A DNA stretch of 64,000 nt from an uncultured Acidobacteriota bacterium (GCA_963779415.1 CAVZYA010000001.1:1056001-1120000), one strand, 5' to 3'. Numbered from the stretch's first letter, positions 10,753-20,678 are shown. The notes: generated by a model from the sequence alone, not told the origin. Made by a program: numbers and translations.

Positions 10753-12236
10753 GAGACCGCGGCCGGAGGCCTCGAGCCGGCAATTCCCGACGTCGCCTCC
10801 ACGCACCGGGCGAGTCGGAAAAGAAGCGGCTCGGAGCCGGCCGGACCGATGAACTGCATTCCGATCGGAAGGCCCGCCGACGAGAGCCCGGAGGGGACCG
10901 AGATCGCCGGGAGGCCGGCGAGGCTGGCGGGAACGGTGAAGACGTCCGCGAGGTACATCGCGAGGGGGTCGCCCGTCTTTTCGCCGAGCGGGAAAGCCGG
11001 CTCGGGCGACGTCGGGACAGAGGAGGGCGTCCACCTCGGCGGAATGCCGCGGCGAAATCCCGCGAGAGGAGCGCGCGAACCTTCTGCGCGCGGCCGTACC
11101 AGGCATCGTGGTAGCCCGCCGAGAGGGCGAACGTCCCGAGAAGGATCCGTCGCTTCACTTCGGGGCCGAAGCCCGCCGAGCGGGTCTCGCGGTAGAGATC
11201 GGAGAGCGTCTCGCCGCCGCGCCGCGCTCCGTACCGGACTCCGTCGAACCGGGCGAGATTCGACGACGCTTCGGCCGTGGCGACGAGGTAGTAGACGGGA
11301 ACCGAGAGGGGAACACGCGGGACCGAGACCCGGCGGACGGTGGCGCCCGCCTTCGCGAGGGCGGCGGCCGTCCTTTCGAACGAAGCTCCGACGTCGGGAT
11401 GAAGTCCCCCCTCCACGGACTCCGTCTCGGCGAGAAGACCGACACGCACCCCCCGAGCGCCCTCCTCGAGCGTCGGCAGGAGGGCCGGAACCGGCCCGGG
11501 GAGCGACGTCGAATCGCGAGGGTCGGGACCCGCCATCAGCTCGAACGCGAGGGCGGCGTCCTCGACCGTCCGCGCGAGGGCGCCGGCCTGGTCCAGCGAC
11601 GAGGCGAAGGCCACGAGCCCGTAACGCGAAACCCTGCCGTAGGTCGGCTTCCAGCCGACGAGACCGCAGAGCGCCGCCGGCTGACGAACCGAGCCCCCGG
11701 TGTCCGTGCCGAGGGCGAGGGGCGCGGCGCCGCCGGCCACGGCCGCTGCCGAGCCCCCCGATGAGCCGCCGGGGACGCGGGAGAGGTCCCACGGGTTCCG
11801 CGCCGGACGGTACGCCGAGTTCTCGTTCGAAGAGCCCATCCCGAACTCGTCGCAGTTCGTCTTCCCGACTACGACGGCTCCGGCCCGGACCAGCCGCTCG
11901 ACGCACGTCGCGTGATCGGGGGCGACGAACCCCGCGAGGATCTTCGAACCGGCGGTCGTCGGAAGGCCGGCCGCGTTGATGTTGTCCTTCACCGCGAGCG
12001 GGACGCCGGCGAGCGGCAGGATCTCTCCGTCCGCGACCCGGCGGTCCACCTCCCGGGCCGCTCCGCGCGCGTCGTCTCCGGCGACGTGGAGAAACGCCCC
12101 GAGGCGCTCCGAGGCGGCATGCACACGGACGAGGGCGGCGTCGACGACGTCGGCGGCGCGGACTCTCCGCAGCGGAAACGGCCGCCGAAAGCTCCCGGAT
12201 CGGGCCGTCGAGGAGAGTGCCGGCGTCAACCGGCAC
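10749..12236 (-). CDS. gatA: Asp/Glu-tRNA amidotransferase subunit A, frameshifted near 12160 and 11040
   Basis: [66 protein letters not shown] and [19 protein letters not shown]. It follows gatC. Confidence 0.93.
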   Translation of the reverse strand: MPVDAGTLLDGPIRELSAAVSAAESPRRRRRRRRPRPCACRLGAPRGVSPRRRRRRARSGPGGGPPGRGRRDPAARRRPARGEGQHQRGRPSDDRRFEDPRGVRRPRSRDVRRAAGPGRSRRSREDELRRVRDGLFERELGVPSGAEPVGPLPRPRRLIGGLGSGRGRRRRAPRPRHGHRGLGSSAGGALRSRRLEADLRQGFALRARGLRLVAGPGRRPRADGRGRRPRVRADGGSRPSRFDVAPRAGSGPPADARGGRSGGACRSSRRDGVRGGGTSSRRRSFVRKDGRRPREGGRHRPPGLGPACSPLGSRLLPRRHGRSVVESRPVRRSPVRSAARRRDALRSLPRDPLGGLRPRSEATDPSRDVRPLGGLPRCLVRPRAEGSRAPLAGFRRGIPPRWTPSSVPTSPEPAFPLGEKTGDPLAMYLADVFTVPASLAGLPAISVPSGLSSAGLPIGMQFIGPAGSEPLLFRLARCVEATSGIAGSRPPAAVS

Positions 12237-12237
12237 G

Positions 12238-12525
12238 TCAGTCCCTCGAAACGACTCGGGGCACGACGAAGTGTCCGTGCGCCGACTCCGGAGCGTTTTT
12301 CCCGGCCAGGTCCGCGACGAGGCCCCGGACCACCTCGTCCGCGCGAAGAGGCGAGGGGGGCGCGTCGGCAGCCTCGGCGAGAAGAGCGTCGGGGACCTCC
12401 CGGAGCGCCTCGAAATGGGAGACGATCCGGGTCAGCTGCTCCGCGAGCGCCTCTTCCTCCTCGGGAAGGAGCTCCAGGGCCGCGAGGCTTGCGACCCGCG
12501 CGACGAGATCGCGCTCGATCTTCAT
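12238..12525 (-). CDS. gatC: Asp/Glu-tRNA amidotransferase subunit C
   Basis: 95 aa with VA.LAALEL, PLRAD.V and NAP.....FVVPRV, directly upstream of gatA. Confidence 0.9.
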   Translation of the reverse strand: MKIERDLVARVASLAALELLPEEEEALAEQLTRIVSHFEALREVPDALLAEAADAPPSPLRADEVVRGLVADLAGKNAPESAHGHFVVPRVVSRD

Positions 12526-12531
12526 CGAAAA

Positions 12532-12537
12532 ATTATA
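12532..12537 (-). promoter_or_regulatory. -10 box TATAAT, 6 nt before the gatC ATG (leaderless-type promoter)
   Basis: Minus strand reads TATAAT-TTTTCG-ATG, leaving no room for a Shine-Dalgarno sequence. Confidence 0.7.
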
Positions 12538-12572
12538 GCGGACGCTGTGCTAACTTGATGGGAGACCTGTTC

Positions 12573-14549
12573 ATGCGTCCCATTCTGGTCTTCGCCCCGG
12601 GAGGGCAGATTCCGGACGGGATCCGGCGGACTCTCGATGAGGCCGGGACGGAGACTCTCGTCGCCTCGAGCCTCGAAGACGCCTCCCTTCTCCTCGCGCG
12701 CGAGCGTCCGGACGTGGTGCTCGTCGTCCCTCCCGGCATCCTCGCGGACGCAACCGGGCTCGCCGCCCGCCTCGGTGTCGGCCGGACGCCTCCCCCCATC
12801 TTCGTCCTTGCCGAGGACGACGGGACGCCGCGTCCCCCCGCGATCGAGGCCGTTCCGTCCGACAACTGGATGCAGGCCGCGGCGGCCCTCGCCTCCGGAG
12901 CCGGCGGTGCGGGTTCGGCGCTTCTCCTCTCGCGGCTCGAGCTGTCGGCCCTCCTCGCTCTCTGGGAGGAGATCCTCGAGCGCCAGGAAGACCTGAGCGA
13001 GCGGGCGCTTCGCTCTCTCGCCAGGTTTCTCGACGCCTCGCGCGTCAGCCTCTTCCGCTGGAAGGCCGGCGACGCCATCGCCACCGTCGTCGCCTCGAGC
13101 CTCGGAGCCGTTTCGGTCGGCCGGAGCGTCGAGATCGCGCGCTATCCCGAGCTGCGCGCGGCCGCGTCCCGCTCGGGCGCCGTTCTGGTGGAGGAGGTGG
13201 AGAAGGACCCGCTCATGGGGGACGCGAGCCCGTTCCTCGACGGTGTCCCGGTCCGGTCCCTCCTCTGCCAGCGGCTTCCGGGTGACGGAAGTGCGCTCTA
13301 TCTTCACGCCGTCAGGGACCGGACGGCTTTCGGACTCTCGGACGTGGCGTTCGTCGGCGCGACGGTCCGTCTCCTCCGGGCGATCCGCGACGTCCGGGCC
13401 CCCCGCGGCACCGGCGAGAAGGCCGAGCGGAAGAGGTTACGCGCCGTCGAGCTCCTCTTCCGCGGGATTCCGGAGCCGACGGCCCTCGTCGCGACCTCCG
13501 GCGAGATTCTTCTCGCGAACCCGCCGTTTCTCGCCCTGACGGGCCGGGTCGCTTCCGAGCTGACGGGACTGGACTACCGAAGCCTCCTCCGGGCCCCCCA
13601 CGCCGAGGACGAGTTCGGGCCGCTTTCGGAGAGCGCGGGCTCCGACGTCGTGACGCGGCGCTCCCGTCTCGCCCATGCGAGCGGCGAGGCGATTCCGGTC
13701 GAGGTCCTGTCGCTCCCGGCGGACGACGAGACGTACAGCCAGGCGGGCTGGTCCGCCCTGACCGTCCGGGATCTCCGGGCCGACCAGGCGCGGCGTGCCC
13801 GGGAACTCGTCCTCGAGAAGGAGGTCGCCGCCACGAATCGGGATCTCGCCACGACGCAGCGGCGCACGCGCGAGGCCGACGCCGCCCGCGCGCGGTTCTG
13901 GACCGCGGCGGCCCACGAGCTCCGGACGCCTCTGGCCATCGCGGAATCGCATCTCGAGGTCGTTCTCTCGGATCTCGCCGACGGGATCCCCGAGCATCCC
14001 GTCTCGCTCGTCCGGAAGGCCGCCGAGAGCGTTCGCCGCCTCGAGCGGCTCATCGCCGACGTCCTCGACGTCGCGACGGCGGGGCGTCCGCGGACCTCCC
14101 TCTCCGGCGGCGACGTCGATCTTTCGGAGGTCCTGCGGAACCTCGAGCCCGGGCTTCGGGACGACGCCGTTCGCCGGGGCTGCCGGCTCGCCGTCGACGC
14201 GCCGCCGGGATTACCGTCCATCCGCGCGGACCGGGACCGGGTGGAGCGCCTCCTCGTCAACCTCGTCGAGCACTCGCTCCGGGCGTCGCCGCCCGGCGGG
14301 ACGGTGACCGTGGCGGCCGTTCGCCCGTCGGGACGGGTCGAGGTGAAGATCCTCGACTCCGGCCCTCCCGTCCCTCCCGCGCGAGCCCAGGAGCTCTTCC
14401 ACGACGCCGGCTCCGCTCGCGGCAGCGAGGAGTTCGCTCTCGCCGTCGCGCGCCGCCTCGCGGACGCGATGGGGGCCGAGCTCTGGGCTCGCACCGAGCC
14501 GGACGGCCAGAACGCAACAGTCGTGGCGTGGCCCGCGGACGAGCGCTGA
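12573..14549 (+). CDS. Cytoplasmic histidine-kinase-like protein: pseudo-receiver, GAF, PAS, HisKA, degenerate HATPase
   Basis: GGAG precedes ATG 12573. GAF-like 'RYPELR.A...VLVEEV.KDPL', PAS-like 'ILLANPPF..LTG...EL.G' and H-box AAHELRTPL are present. The ATP-binding boxes are degenerate. Confidence 0.8.
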   Translation: MRPILVFAPGGQIPDGIRRTLDEAGTETLVASSLEDASLLLARERPDVVLVVPPGILADATGLAARLGVGRTPPPIFVLAEDDGTPRPPAIEAVPSDNWMQAAAALASGAGGAGSALLLSRLELSALLALWEEILERQEDLSERALRSLARFLDASRVSLFRWKAGDAIATVVASSLGAVSVGRSVEIARYPELRAAASRSGAVLVEEVEKDPLMGDASPFLDGVPVRSLLCQRLPGDGSALYLHAVRDRTAFGLSDVAFVGATVRLLRAIRDVRAPRGTGEKAERKRLRAVELLFRGIPEPTALVATSGEILLANPPFLALTGRVASELTGLDYRSLLRAPHAEDEFGPLSESAGSDVVTRRSRLAHASGEAIPVEVLSLPADDETYSQAGWSALTVRDLRADQARRARELVLEKEVAATNRDLATTQRRTREADAARARFWTAAAHELRTPLAIAESHLEVVLSDLADGIPEHPVSLVRKAAESVRRLERLIADVLDVATAGRPRTSLSGGDVDLSEVLRNLEPGLRDDAVRRGCRLAVDAPPGLPSIRADRDRVERLLVNLVEHSLRASPPGGTVTVAAVRPSGRVEVKILDSGPPVPPARAQELFHDAGSARGSEEFALAVARRLADAMGAELWARTEPDGQNATVVAWPADER

Positions 14550-15808
14550 CCCCGGAGGCTCTCGTCGCCTCGGCCCGGCGGCGCCTCGCCTCGCGCGCCG
14601 GCGTCCGGGCGGCCGCCGCGACCGCGCGAGCGACCCGGGACTCGCTTCTCCTGACGGGAGGCGCGGTGCGCGACGCCTTTCTCGCGTCCCTGGGGCCGGA
14701 AAGGACCCGGGCAGCCGGCGACCTCGACGTCGCGCTTCCTTCCGGCCGCGCGCTCCCCTTCGCCGAAGCGCTTGCCCGGTGGCTCGGAGCGCGCGCCGTG
14801 GCGATCGGCGAGCCGCCGCGCCGGATCCTCCACGTCCCCGTGGCCGGCGGCGAGGTGGACGTCTGGGAGCGCGAGGCCGACGAGGGGCGCGACCTCTACC
14901 GGCGCGACTTCACCGTCAACGCGCTCTCCTTCGAGATTCCGTCGTGGCGCTTCCTCGCTCCGGCCGGCGCGCTCCACGACCTCTCCCGCCGCCGTCTCGC
15001 CCTGCCGCGACCCGGGGTTCTTCTGGAGGACCCGCTCCGGGTCCTCCGGGCAGCTCGCTTCATCGCCGGACTCCCCGGCTTCCGGATGGACGCGAAGGCG
15101 CTTCCCGAGCTGCGCCGGGCGGCCCGGAAGCTCGGAGAGGTCGCCGCCGAGCGCCGGCTCGCCGAACTCGACCGGATCCTCTCGGCGCAGCCGCGAAGCG
15201 CCGGGAGGGCTCTGAGGCTCCTCGAGTCGTGCGGCGCTCTTTGCACGCTCGTCCCGGGCTCGACGCCACGCGAGCGCCGACGCGGGATCGGCCTCGTCGT
15301 TCGAATGGCACGTCCGTCTCCGCCGGTCGGGAGGATCCTCCTGCTGTCGCCTCTCGGCGCCAGGAGAGCCCGGGAGGTTCTTCGAAAGTGGAAGACCACG
15401 AGACGGGAGCAGCAGCTCGCGAAACGCCTCCTCGCTCTCGCCGCGCCGTCGTCCGGTCTCCATCGCCCGAGGCCCCCCGCGCGCCGCGAGGTCGTCGAGA
15501 CGCTCCGGGCGGTCTCCCCCTTCTTCGAAGAATCGGTGCTCTTCCTCTCTTCCTTCCCCGTCGATTTCCTTCGGCGGCTGGCGGGGAGGCTCAGAGCGCT
15601 CTCGGCGAACCGGGACCGGCGGGAGCGTCTTCTCCGCCCCCGGCGGCCGCTCGACGCCGTCGCATTCCTCCGAGGCCTCGGGGTTCCCGAGGGCCCGCTC
15701 CTCGGAGCGGCGCTCGCCGCGCTGGACGTCGCGCTCGCCTCCGGCGAGGTACGCGGCCGCCCGGGTGCGGAGCGGATCCTCCGGCGGTTCGTGCCCTCGC
15801 CGCGTTGA
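14528..15808 (+). CDS. Class II tRNA nucleotidyltransferase (CCA/poly(A) polymerase family), probably CC-adding type
   Basis: GGAVRD...DLDVA (motif A), RRDFTVNA (motif B), EDPLRVLRAARF (motif D) and C-terminal 'LGVPEGPLLG'. Confidence 0.85.
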   Translation: MARGRALTPEALVASARRRLASRAGVRAAAATARATRDSLLLTGGAVRDAFLASLGPERTRAAGDLDVALPSGRALPFAEALARWLGARAVAIGEPPRRILHVPVAGGEVDVWEREADEGRDLYRRDFTVNALSFEIPSWRFLAPAGALHDLSRRRLALPRPGVLLEDPLRVLRAARFIAGLPGFRMDAKALPELRRAARKLGEVAAERRLAELDRILSAQPRSAGRALRLLESCGALCTLVPGSTPRERRRGIGLVVRMARPSPPVGRILLLSPLGARRAREVLRKWKTTRREQQLAKRLLALAAPSSGLHRPRPPARREVVETLRAVSPFFEESVLFLSSFPVDFLRRLAGRLRALSANRDRRERLLRPRRPLDAVAFLRGLGVPEGPLLGAALAALDVALASGEVRGRPGAERILRRFVPSPR

Positions 15809-15848
15809 TTCGCCTCCGGGCCGGTGTTACCGTGAAGGCACGGCCGCG

Positions 15849-17312
15849 ATGGATCTGATCGAGCTCCTGAAGTTCGTCACGAAGAAGGAGGCGTCCGACC
15901 TCCATCTCAAGCCCGGACGCCCGCCTCTCCTTCGGCTTTCGGGCCGCCTCGTCCCGCTGAAGACGGATCCGCTGTCGCCGAAGGAGATCGAGGACATGGT
16001 CCTCCCGATCCTGACGCCCTACCAGCGGGACAAGCTCCAGGCGAATTACGCGGTCGACATCGGATACGGCGTCACGGGAGTCGCGCGCTTCCGCGGAAAC
16101 ATCTACCTGCAACGCGGATCCTGGACGGCGGTCTTCCGGCGTATCCCGTTCGTCATCCCGTCGCTCGTCGACCTGAACCTCCCGGACATCCTCTCGTCCT
16201 TCGCCGACCTTCCGGCCGGATTCGTCCTCGTGACGGGCCCGACCGGCTCGGGAAAATCGACGACCCTCGCATCTCTCGTCAAGCTCATCACCGAGCGCCA
16301 TCCGGTCCACATCGTGACGATCGAGGACCCGATCGAATACCTCTTCCAGGACAACATGGCATCGGTCTCGCAGCGGGAGATGGGCACCGACACCACGACG
16401 TACCAGGAGGCCCTGCGCAACGTCATGCGCCAGGATCCGGACGTCATCATGGTGGGCGAGATGCGGGACTGGGAGACGATGTCGACCGCGATCACGGCGG
16501 CCGAGACGGGGCACCTTGTCTTCTCCACCCTTCACACGAACAACGCGGCGCAGACGATCGACCGGATCATGGACTCCTGCCCTTCCTCGCAGGCGACGCA
16601 GGTCCGCCGCCAGCTCGCCCTCGTCCTCCGGGGAATCGCGTCGATGCAGCTCATCGACCGGTCCGACGGCAAGGGGCTCATCCCGGTCGTCGAGATCCTC
16701 GTGAACACTCCGAAGATCGCCAAGTCCATCGAGACGGGGGAGACGAAGGAGATCCTCGAGGAGATCGAGACCTCGGTCGGGTACTACCGGATGCAGTCGA
16801 TGAACCAGTCCCTCATGGCGCTCCTCGTCAACGGACTGACCGACATCGACGCCGCCATGAAGCTGACGAACGACCCGGAGGATCTCTCGCTGAAGCTCAG
16901 GAAGCTCTTCCCGAAGATCGAGGAGCGCTTCCGAGGAGGTCTGATGTCCCCCTCCCCGAACGATTTCGCGGCGATCACCGAACTCCTCGACATCAAGAGG
17001 CTCTACGAGGAGCAGGAGGAGAAGTGGCGACAGCGGATCGCCGAGAAGGACGACCTGGTCGCCCAGATGGAGGCCGACATCGAGGAGCGCGACCGGCAGC
17101 TCCAGGCGCGGCTGCAGCACGGCACGGAGGTCGAAGGGGAGGCCCAGCGCGCGAAGATGGAGGTCGAGCGGGCGCGCCAGGAAGCGGCCGCGAAGATCGC
17201 GCAGCTCAACGAGCGGATCAAGGAGCTGAACCAGCGTCTGACGGCGGCCACGGGGGGCGCTCCCGCCTCCGCGCCGCCTCCCCCGCCGGCCGGCGGGTTC
17301 TTCAAGCGCTGA
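15849..17312 (+). CDS. PilT/PilU-family ATPase with a C-terminal coiled-coil extension
   Basis: ASDLHL, Walker A GPTGSGKST, Asp box TIEDPIE, Walker B DPDVIMVGE and His box TGHLVFSTLH, followed by a charged heptad tail of about 120 aa. Confidence 0.9.
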   Translation: MDLIELLKFVTKKEASDLHLKPGRPPLLRLSGRLVPLKTDPLSPKEIEDMVLPILTPYQRDKLQANYAVDIGYGVTGVARFRGNIYLQRGSWTAVFRRIPFVIPSLVDLNLPDILSSFADLPAGFVLVTGPTGSGKSTTLASLVKLITERHPVHIVTIEDPIEYLFQDNMASVSQREMGTDTTTYQEALRNVMRQDPDVIMVGEMRDWETMSTAITAAETGHLVFSTLHTNNAAQTIDRIMDSCPSSQATQVRRQLALVLRGIASMQLIDRSDGKGLIPVVEILVNTPKIAKSIETGETKEILEEIETSVGYYRMQSMNQSLMALLVNGLTDIDAAMKLTNDPEDLSLKLRKLFPKIEERFRGGLMSPSPNDFAAITELLDIKRLYEEQEEKWRQRIAEKDDLVAQMEADIEERDRQLQARLQHGTEVEGEAQRAKMEVERARQEAAAKIAQLNERIKELNQRLTAATGGAPASAPPPPPAGGFFKR

Positions 17313-17316
17313 AGCG

Positions 17317-19090
17317 TCAGGCCGGAAGCGGGCGCCCGAGCCAGCGGCGCCGGAGCCTTCGCGCGCTCTCATCCGCGGCGTCGTCGGGCCCGATCTCGAA
17401 CGCGAAGGCCCGACTCGCGCCGAGGACGACCGGCACCGTCAGCAGCCGCTTTCTCCGGAAGAGCGTGACCTCGATGCGGGCGCCGGGTCTCTCGTCCCGC
17501 GCGATCCGCTTCAGCTCGGCCTCCTCCGCCATCAAGCCGGCGATCGCCACGAGCTCGTCCCCGGCGCTGATTCCCGCCTCGTAGGCGGCACGTCCGGCGT
17601 AGACCTCCGCGACGGCGAGCCGTCCCTTCTCGTCCTTCGTCTTCCACCCGAAGTCGGCCCGCACCCGCGGCCGGCGCGGCGTGACGCCGTCCTCGGCCTC
17701 CGGCTTCTCGCGGAGAACGAGGCCGAACGCGGAAAGGAGACGCTCGAAGGGAGGCGTCTCGACGCCGCGGACATACCGGTCGAAGAAAGAACCGAGGCTG
17801 CGGCCGGCGGCCGCCGAAGCGAGCCGCTCGATCTCGCCGGCGGGATAGGGCTTCCCGCGGACACCCCACTTCCGAAAGAGCCGCCGCATCACGTCGTCCA
17901 GGGACCGCCGCCCCCCGCTCGAGCGCCGGATCGAAAGGTCGAGGGCCCACCCGACGAGCGAGCCGCGCCGGTAGTAGCTCTCGGCCACGTTGGGAGAGTT
18001 CTCGTCCGGCCTGTAGTGGCGGATCCAGGCGTCGAAGGAGGCCGCTTCGGCGCTCTGGACTCGCGCGCCGGGCGTGTCGCGATGCGCCTTCAGCCTCTTG
18101 CCCATCTCCTCGAAGAAGTGCTTCGGCGAAATCAGCCCCGCGCGGACAAGGAGCAGCTCCTCGTAGTACGACGTGATCCCTTCCATCGCCCAGAGATCGC
18201 GCGTGTACGCCTCCTTCGTGTAGTCGAAGGGGCCGAGAGGAGACGGGTGGATCCGCTTCACGTTCCAGGCGTGGAAGAGCTCGTGGGCGAAGAGACGGAG
18301 GTTCTCCCGATACGACGATTCGGGACGGAAGGAGAAGGGTTCCATCCCGACGGACTGCGTGGCCCGGTGCTCGAGCCCCCCTCCGGCGCCTGCCGCAAGA
18401 TGGACGAGGAAGAGGTACCGGTCGTACGGAAGGCCGCCGAAGAGCCGGGCCTCCTCCCGGACGAGGGCCGCGAGGTCGCGGACGAGCCGGCGCGGCTCCT
18501 CGTTCCCGTCGCCCCAGATTGCGACCTCGTGCGGAACGCCGAGAGCGCGGAAGGAGAGGACCCGGTGGGTCCCGCACTCGAACGGGGAATCGACCAGCTC
18601 GTCGTAGTCGGCCGCGAGAAAGGCGCCGCCCCTCCTCGGGAGGGCGATGGAGACTCTCCAGCCCGGGAGGAGATCGAACCGGAGCCTCTGCGGCTCGCTC
18701 TTTCCGTCCCTCGACGTAGAAGAAGAGGCTCGCACCGTTCCCGTATCCGTGCGAGGCGTCGAGGTGGGAGGTCCGGACCGTCAGCTCGCCGGCATAGACG
18801 CGATAGCGGATGGTGAACGGCCCTTCGTGAGGATCGTCGAGAAGGCCGACGCGCCACCGGTTCTTCTCGACCTTCACGGCCGGAAGGGGCTCTCCCGAGG
18901 GACCGGAGGCTTCGAGATCGCGGAGGTGCCTCGAGAACTCGCGAACCATGTACGAGCCCGGCGTCCAGACAGGGAGGACGAGATCGAACCACGCCACCGG
19001 CGAGGCGAACGGGGCCACCTGCATCGTGATCTCGTAGAGGTGCGTCTCGGGCCGCGGCATCCCGACGGTGAAGGTGGTGGCCCGGGGCAT
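17317..19090 (-). CDS. M61 family glycyl aminopeptidase with PDZ domain, frameshifted near 18705
   Basis: N-terminal PVWTPGSY..REF; catalytic GGGLEH, HELFHAWNVKR, EGITSYY and YY.RG; C-terminal PDZ-like 'AYEAGISAGDELVAI.G'. Confidence 0.9.
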
Positions 19091-19117
19091 GCCCCGGATC
19101 CTATCGAAGGAGGGCGG

Positions 19118-19954
19118 TCAGGGCTCGGAGAGAAACGCCTCGACGCGCCGGACGAAGGCGAGAGGCCTTTCCGTCGGAGGGACGTGACCGCAGCGAGGAA
19201 GGATCTCGAGCCGGGCGTGAGGCAACCGGGTGGCGAGCCGGCGGCCCGTCGCCACCGGAAAGATCCGGTCGCTTTCTCCCCAGAGGACGAGTGCCCGTTG
19301 GCGGATCCGCGAAAGGTCTTTCGTCGAGAGCGAGTCCTCCCCCGCCGCGACCGCGGCGAGGAGCTTCAGGAGCTGGGGCCGGTTGCGGCGCCGCCCCTTG
19401 TAAGCCGAGGCGGCGAGGGCCACGAGCGGATGGGAGAGAAACGGGGAGCGGACGCTCGTCGCGAGGAGCCGTCGCGAGTCGGCGAATCCCAAGGGGGCGA
19501 AAGGGAGCGAGACCGCGAGCGGGTCGAGGGCTTCGCGCGGCGGAAGTCCTGCCGCGTCGACGAGGACGAGGCGTCGGATGCGCCGCGGAAAGCGGCGGGC
19601 CACGTCGAGAGCCACGGCGCCACCGAGAGAATGGCCGAGGAGGTCCACCGGGCCCGCGAGACCGTCCATCCGCTCGAGCGTCTCGACGACGACGTCCGCA
19701 AGGAGCCGGATCCGGTAGTCGACTCCCGCCCCGGACGGCTTGTCCGTATCGCCGTGGCCGAGGAGGTCGGGCGCGACGACCCGGCGGCTCCGCGCAAGGA
19801 GCGGCGCCCCGAAGACCCATTCTCCCTTGTCGGCGCCGACCCCGTGGAGGAGAACGAGCGGGGTCCGCGGATCACTCTTGTCCGCCGCGAGCGGCCCGAG
19901 GTCGAGAACGCTGACCTTCAGGCCCGACGGGAGCGGGACGCGGCGTATCGCCAC
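19118..19954 (-). CDS. Alpha/beta-fold hydrolase
   Basis: LLHGVG, PDLLGHG, GHSLGG, WGESDRIFP and CGHVP. The GTG start is 2 nt after the lexA stop. Confidence 0.85.
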   Translation of the reverse strand: MAIRRVPLPSGLKVSVLDLGPLAADKSDPRTPLVLLHGVGADKGEWVFGAPLLARSRRVVAPDLLGHGDTDKPSGAGVDYRIRLLADVVVETLERMDGLAGPVDLLGHSLGGAVALDVARRFPRRIRRLVLVDAAGLPPREALDPLAVSLPFAPLGFADSRRLLATSVRSPFLSHPLVALAASAYKGRRRNRPQLLKLLAAVAAGEDSLSTKDLSRIRQRALVLWGESDRIFPVATGRRLATRLPHARLEILPRCGHVPPTERPLAFVRRVEAFLSEP

Positions 19955-19956
19955 GC

Positions 19957-20571
19957 TCAGAACTTTCTCATGAGCCCCACGACGACCCCCTGCACGTCCA
20001 CTTCGTCCTCGCGGAAGTACATCGGCGACATCCGTTCGTTCGCGGGCTGAAGGCGAACACGGCCGTCCCCTTCCCGGTAGATGCGCTTCAGCGTCGCCTC
20101 TCCGCCGACCACGGCGACCACCATCTCGCCGCTTACGGCCTTCTCCCGCCGGTTCACGACGATGTAGTCCCCGTCCTCGACGCCATCCTCGATCATCGAC
20201 AGCCCGGTGACGCGAAGGACGAAGTTCTCCCCCTTGCGCGTCAGGAGCTCCGGAACCGTCACCGACTCGTCCCCGGCCACCACCTCGATCGGCCTGCCGG
20301 CCGCGATCCGGCCGAAGAGCGGGATCTCCAGCGCGTGCGGCCTCCGCTCCTCTCCGGCCACGACGAGCGAGCGCCTTTTGTTCCACTCGCGCTCGAGCAC
20401 GCCCTTCTCGAGGAGAAGCCGGATGTGCTTCTGGAGAGTCCCGAAGGAGGAGAAGCCGAACTCCTCGCAGATCTCCCGCTGCGTCGGCGAGATCCCGCGT
20501 GCCTGCCGGTACTTCCGGATGAAATCGACGATCTCCTTCTGCCTCTCGGTCAGCGTCGTTACCATCTCCAC
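19957..20571 (-). CDS. lexA: SOS transcriptional repressor LexA
   Basis: wHTH (LTERQ.EI..FI, PTQREI), Ala-Gly cleavage site GRIAAGRP, catalytic Ser (GLSM) and Lys (ATLKR), and LQPAN. Confidence 0.95.
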   Translation of the reverse strand: MEMVTTLTERQKEIVDFIRKYRQARGISPTQREICEEFGFSSFGTLQKHIRLLLEKGVLEREWNKRRSLVVAGEERRPHALEIPLFGRIAAGRPIEVVAGDESVTVPELLTRKGENFVLRVTGLSMIEDGVEDGDYIVVNRREKAVSGEMVVAVVGGEATLKRIYREGDGRVRLQPANERMSPMYFREDEVDVQGVVVGLMRKF

Positions 20572-20604
20572 CTCCGCATAATCGCAATGAAAACGCCAAA
20601 TTCG

Positions 20605-20619
20605 CCGAATCTTTTTAGG
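20605..20619. promoter_or_regulatory. Candidate LexA operator CCGAA-TCTTT-TTAGG
   Basis: Imperfect palindrome just over 30 nt upstream of lexA. The same arms and spacing recur at 28671-28685. Confidence 0.45.
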
Positions 20620-20654
20620 AAAAAATAAGAATTTACCTAATATTTTCTTATATG

Positions 20655-20678
20655 GTGGTCCGCCTCATGGCGGACCAC
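20655..20678. repeat. Perfect 10-bp inverted repeat GTGGTCCGCC-TCAT-GGCGGACCAC
   Basis: Read directly, in the divergent intergenic region between lexA and the PH-like gene. Confidence 0.8.

Noticed and set aside
8909-12229. 1106-aa ORF suggesting a giant GatA fusion
   Set aside because: After about 11040 it is out-of-frame Arg/Gly/Pro-rich read-through over the amidase gene.
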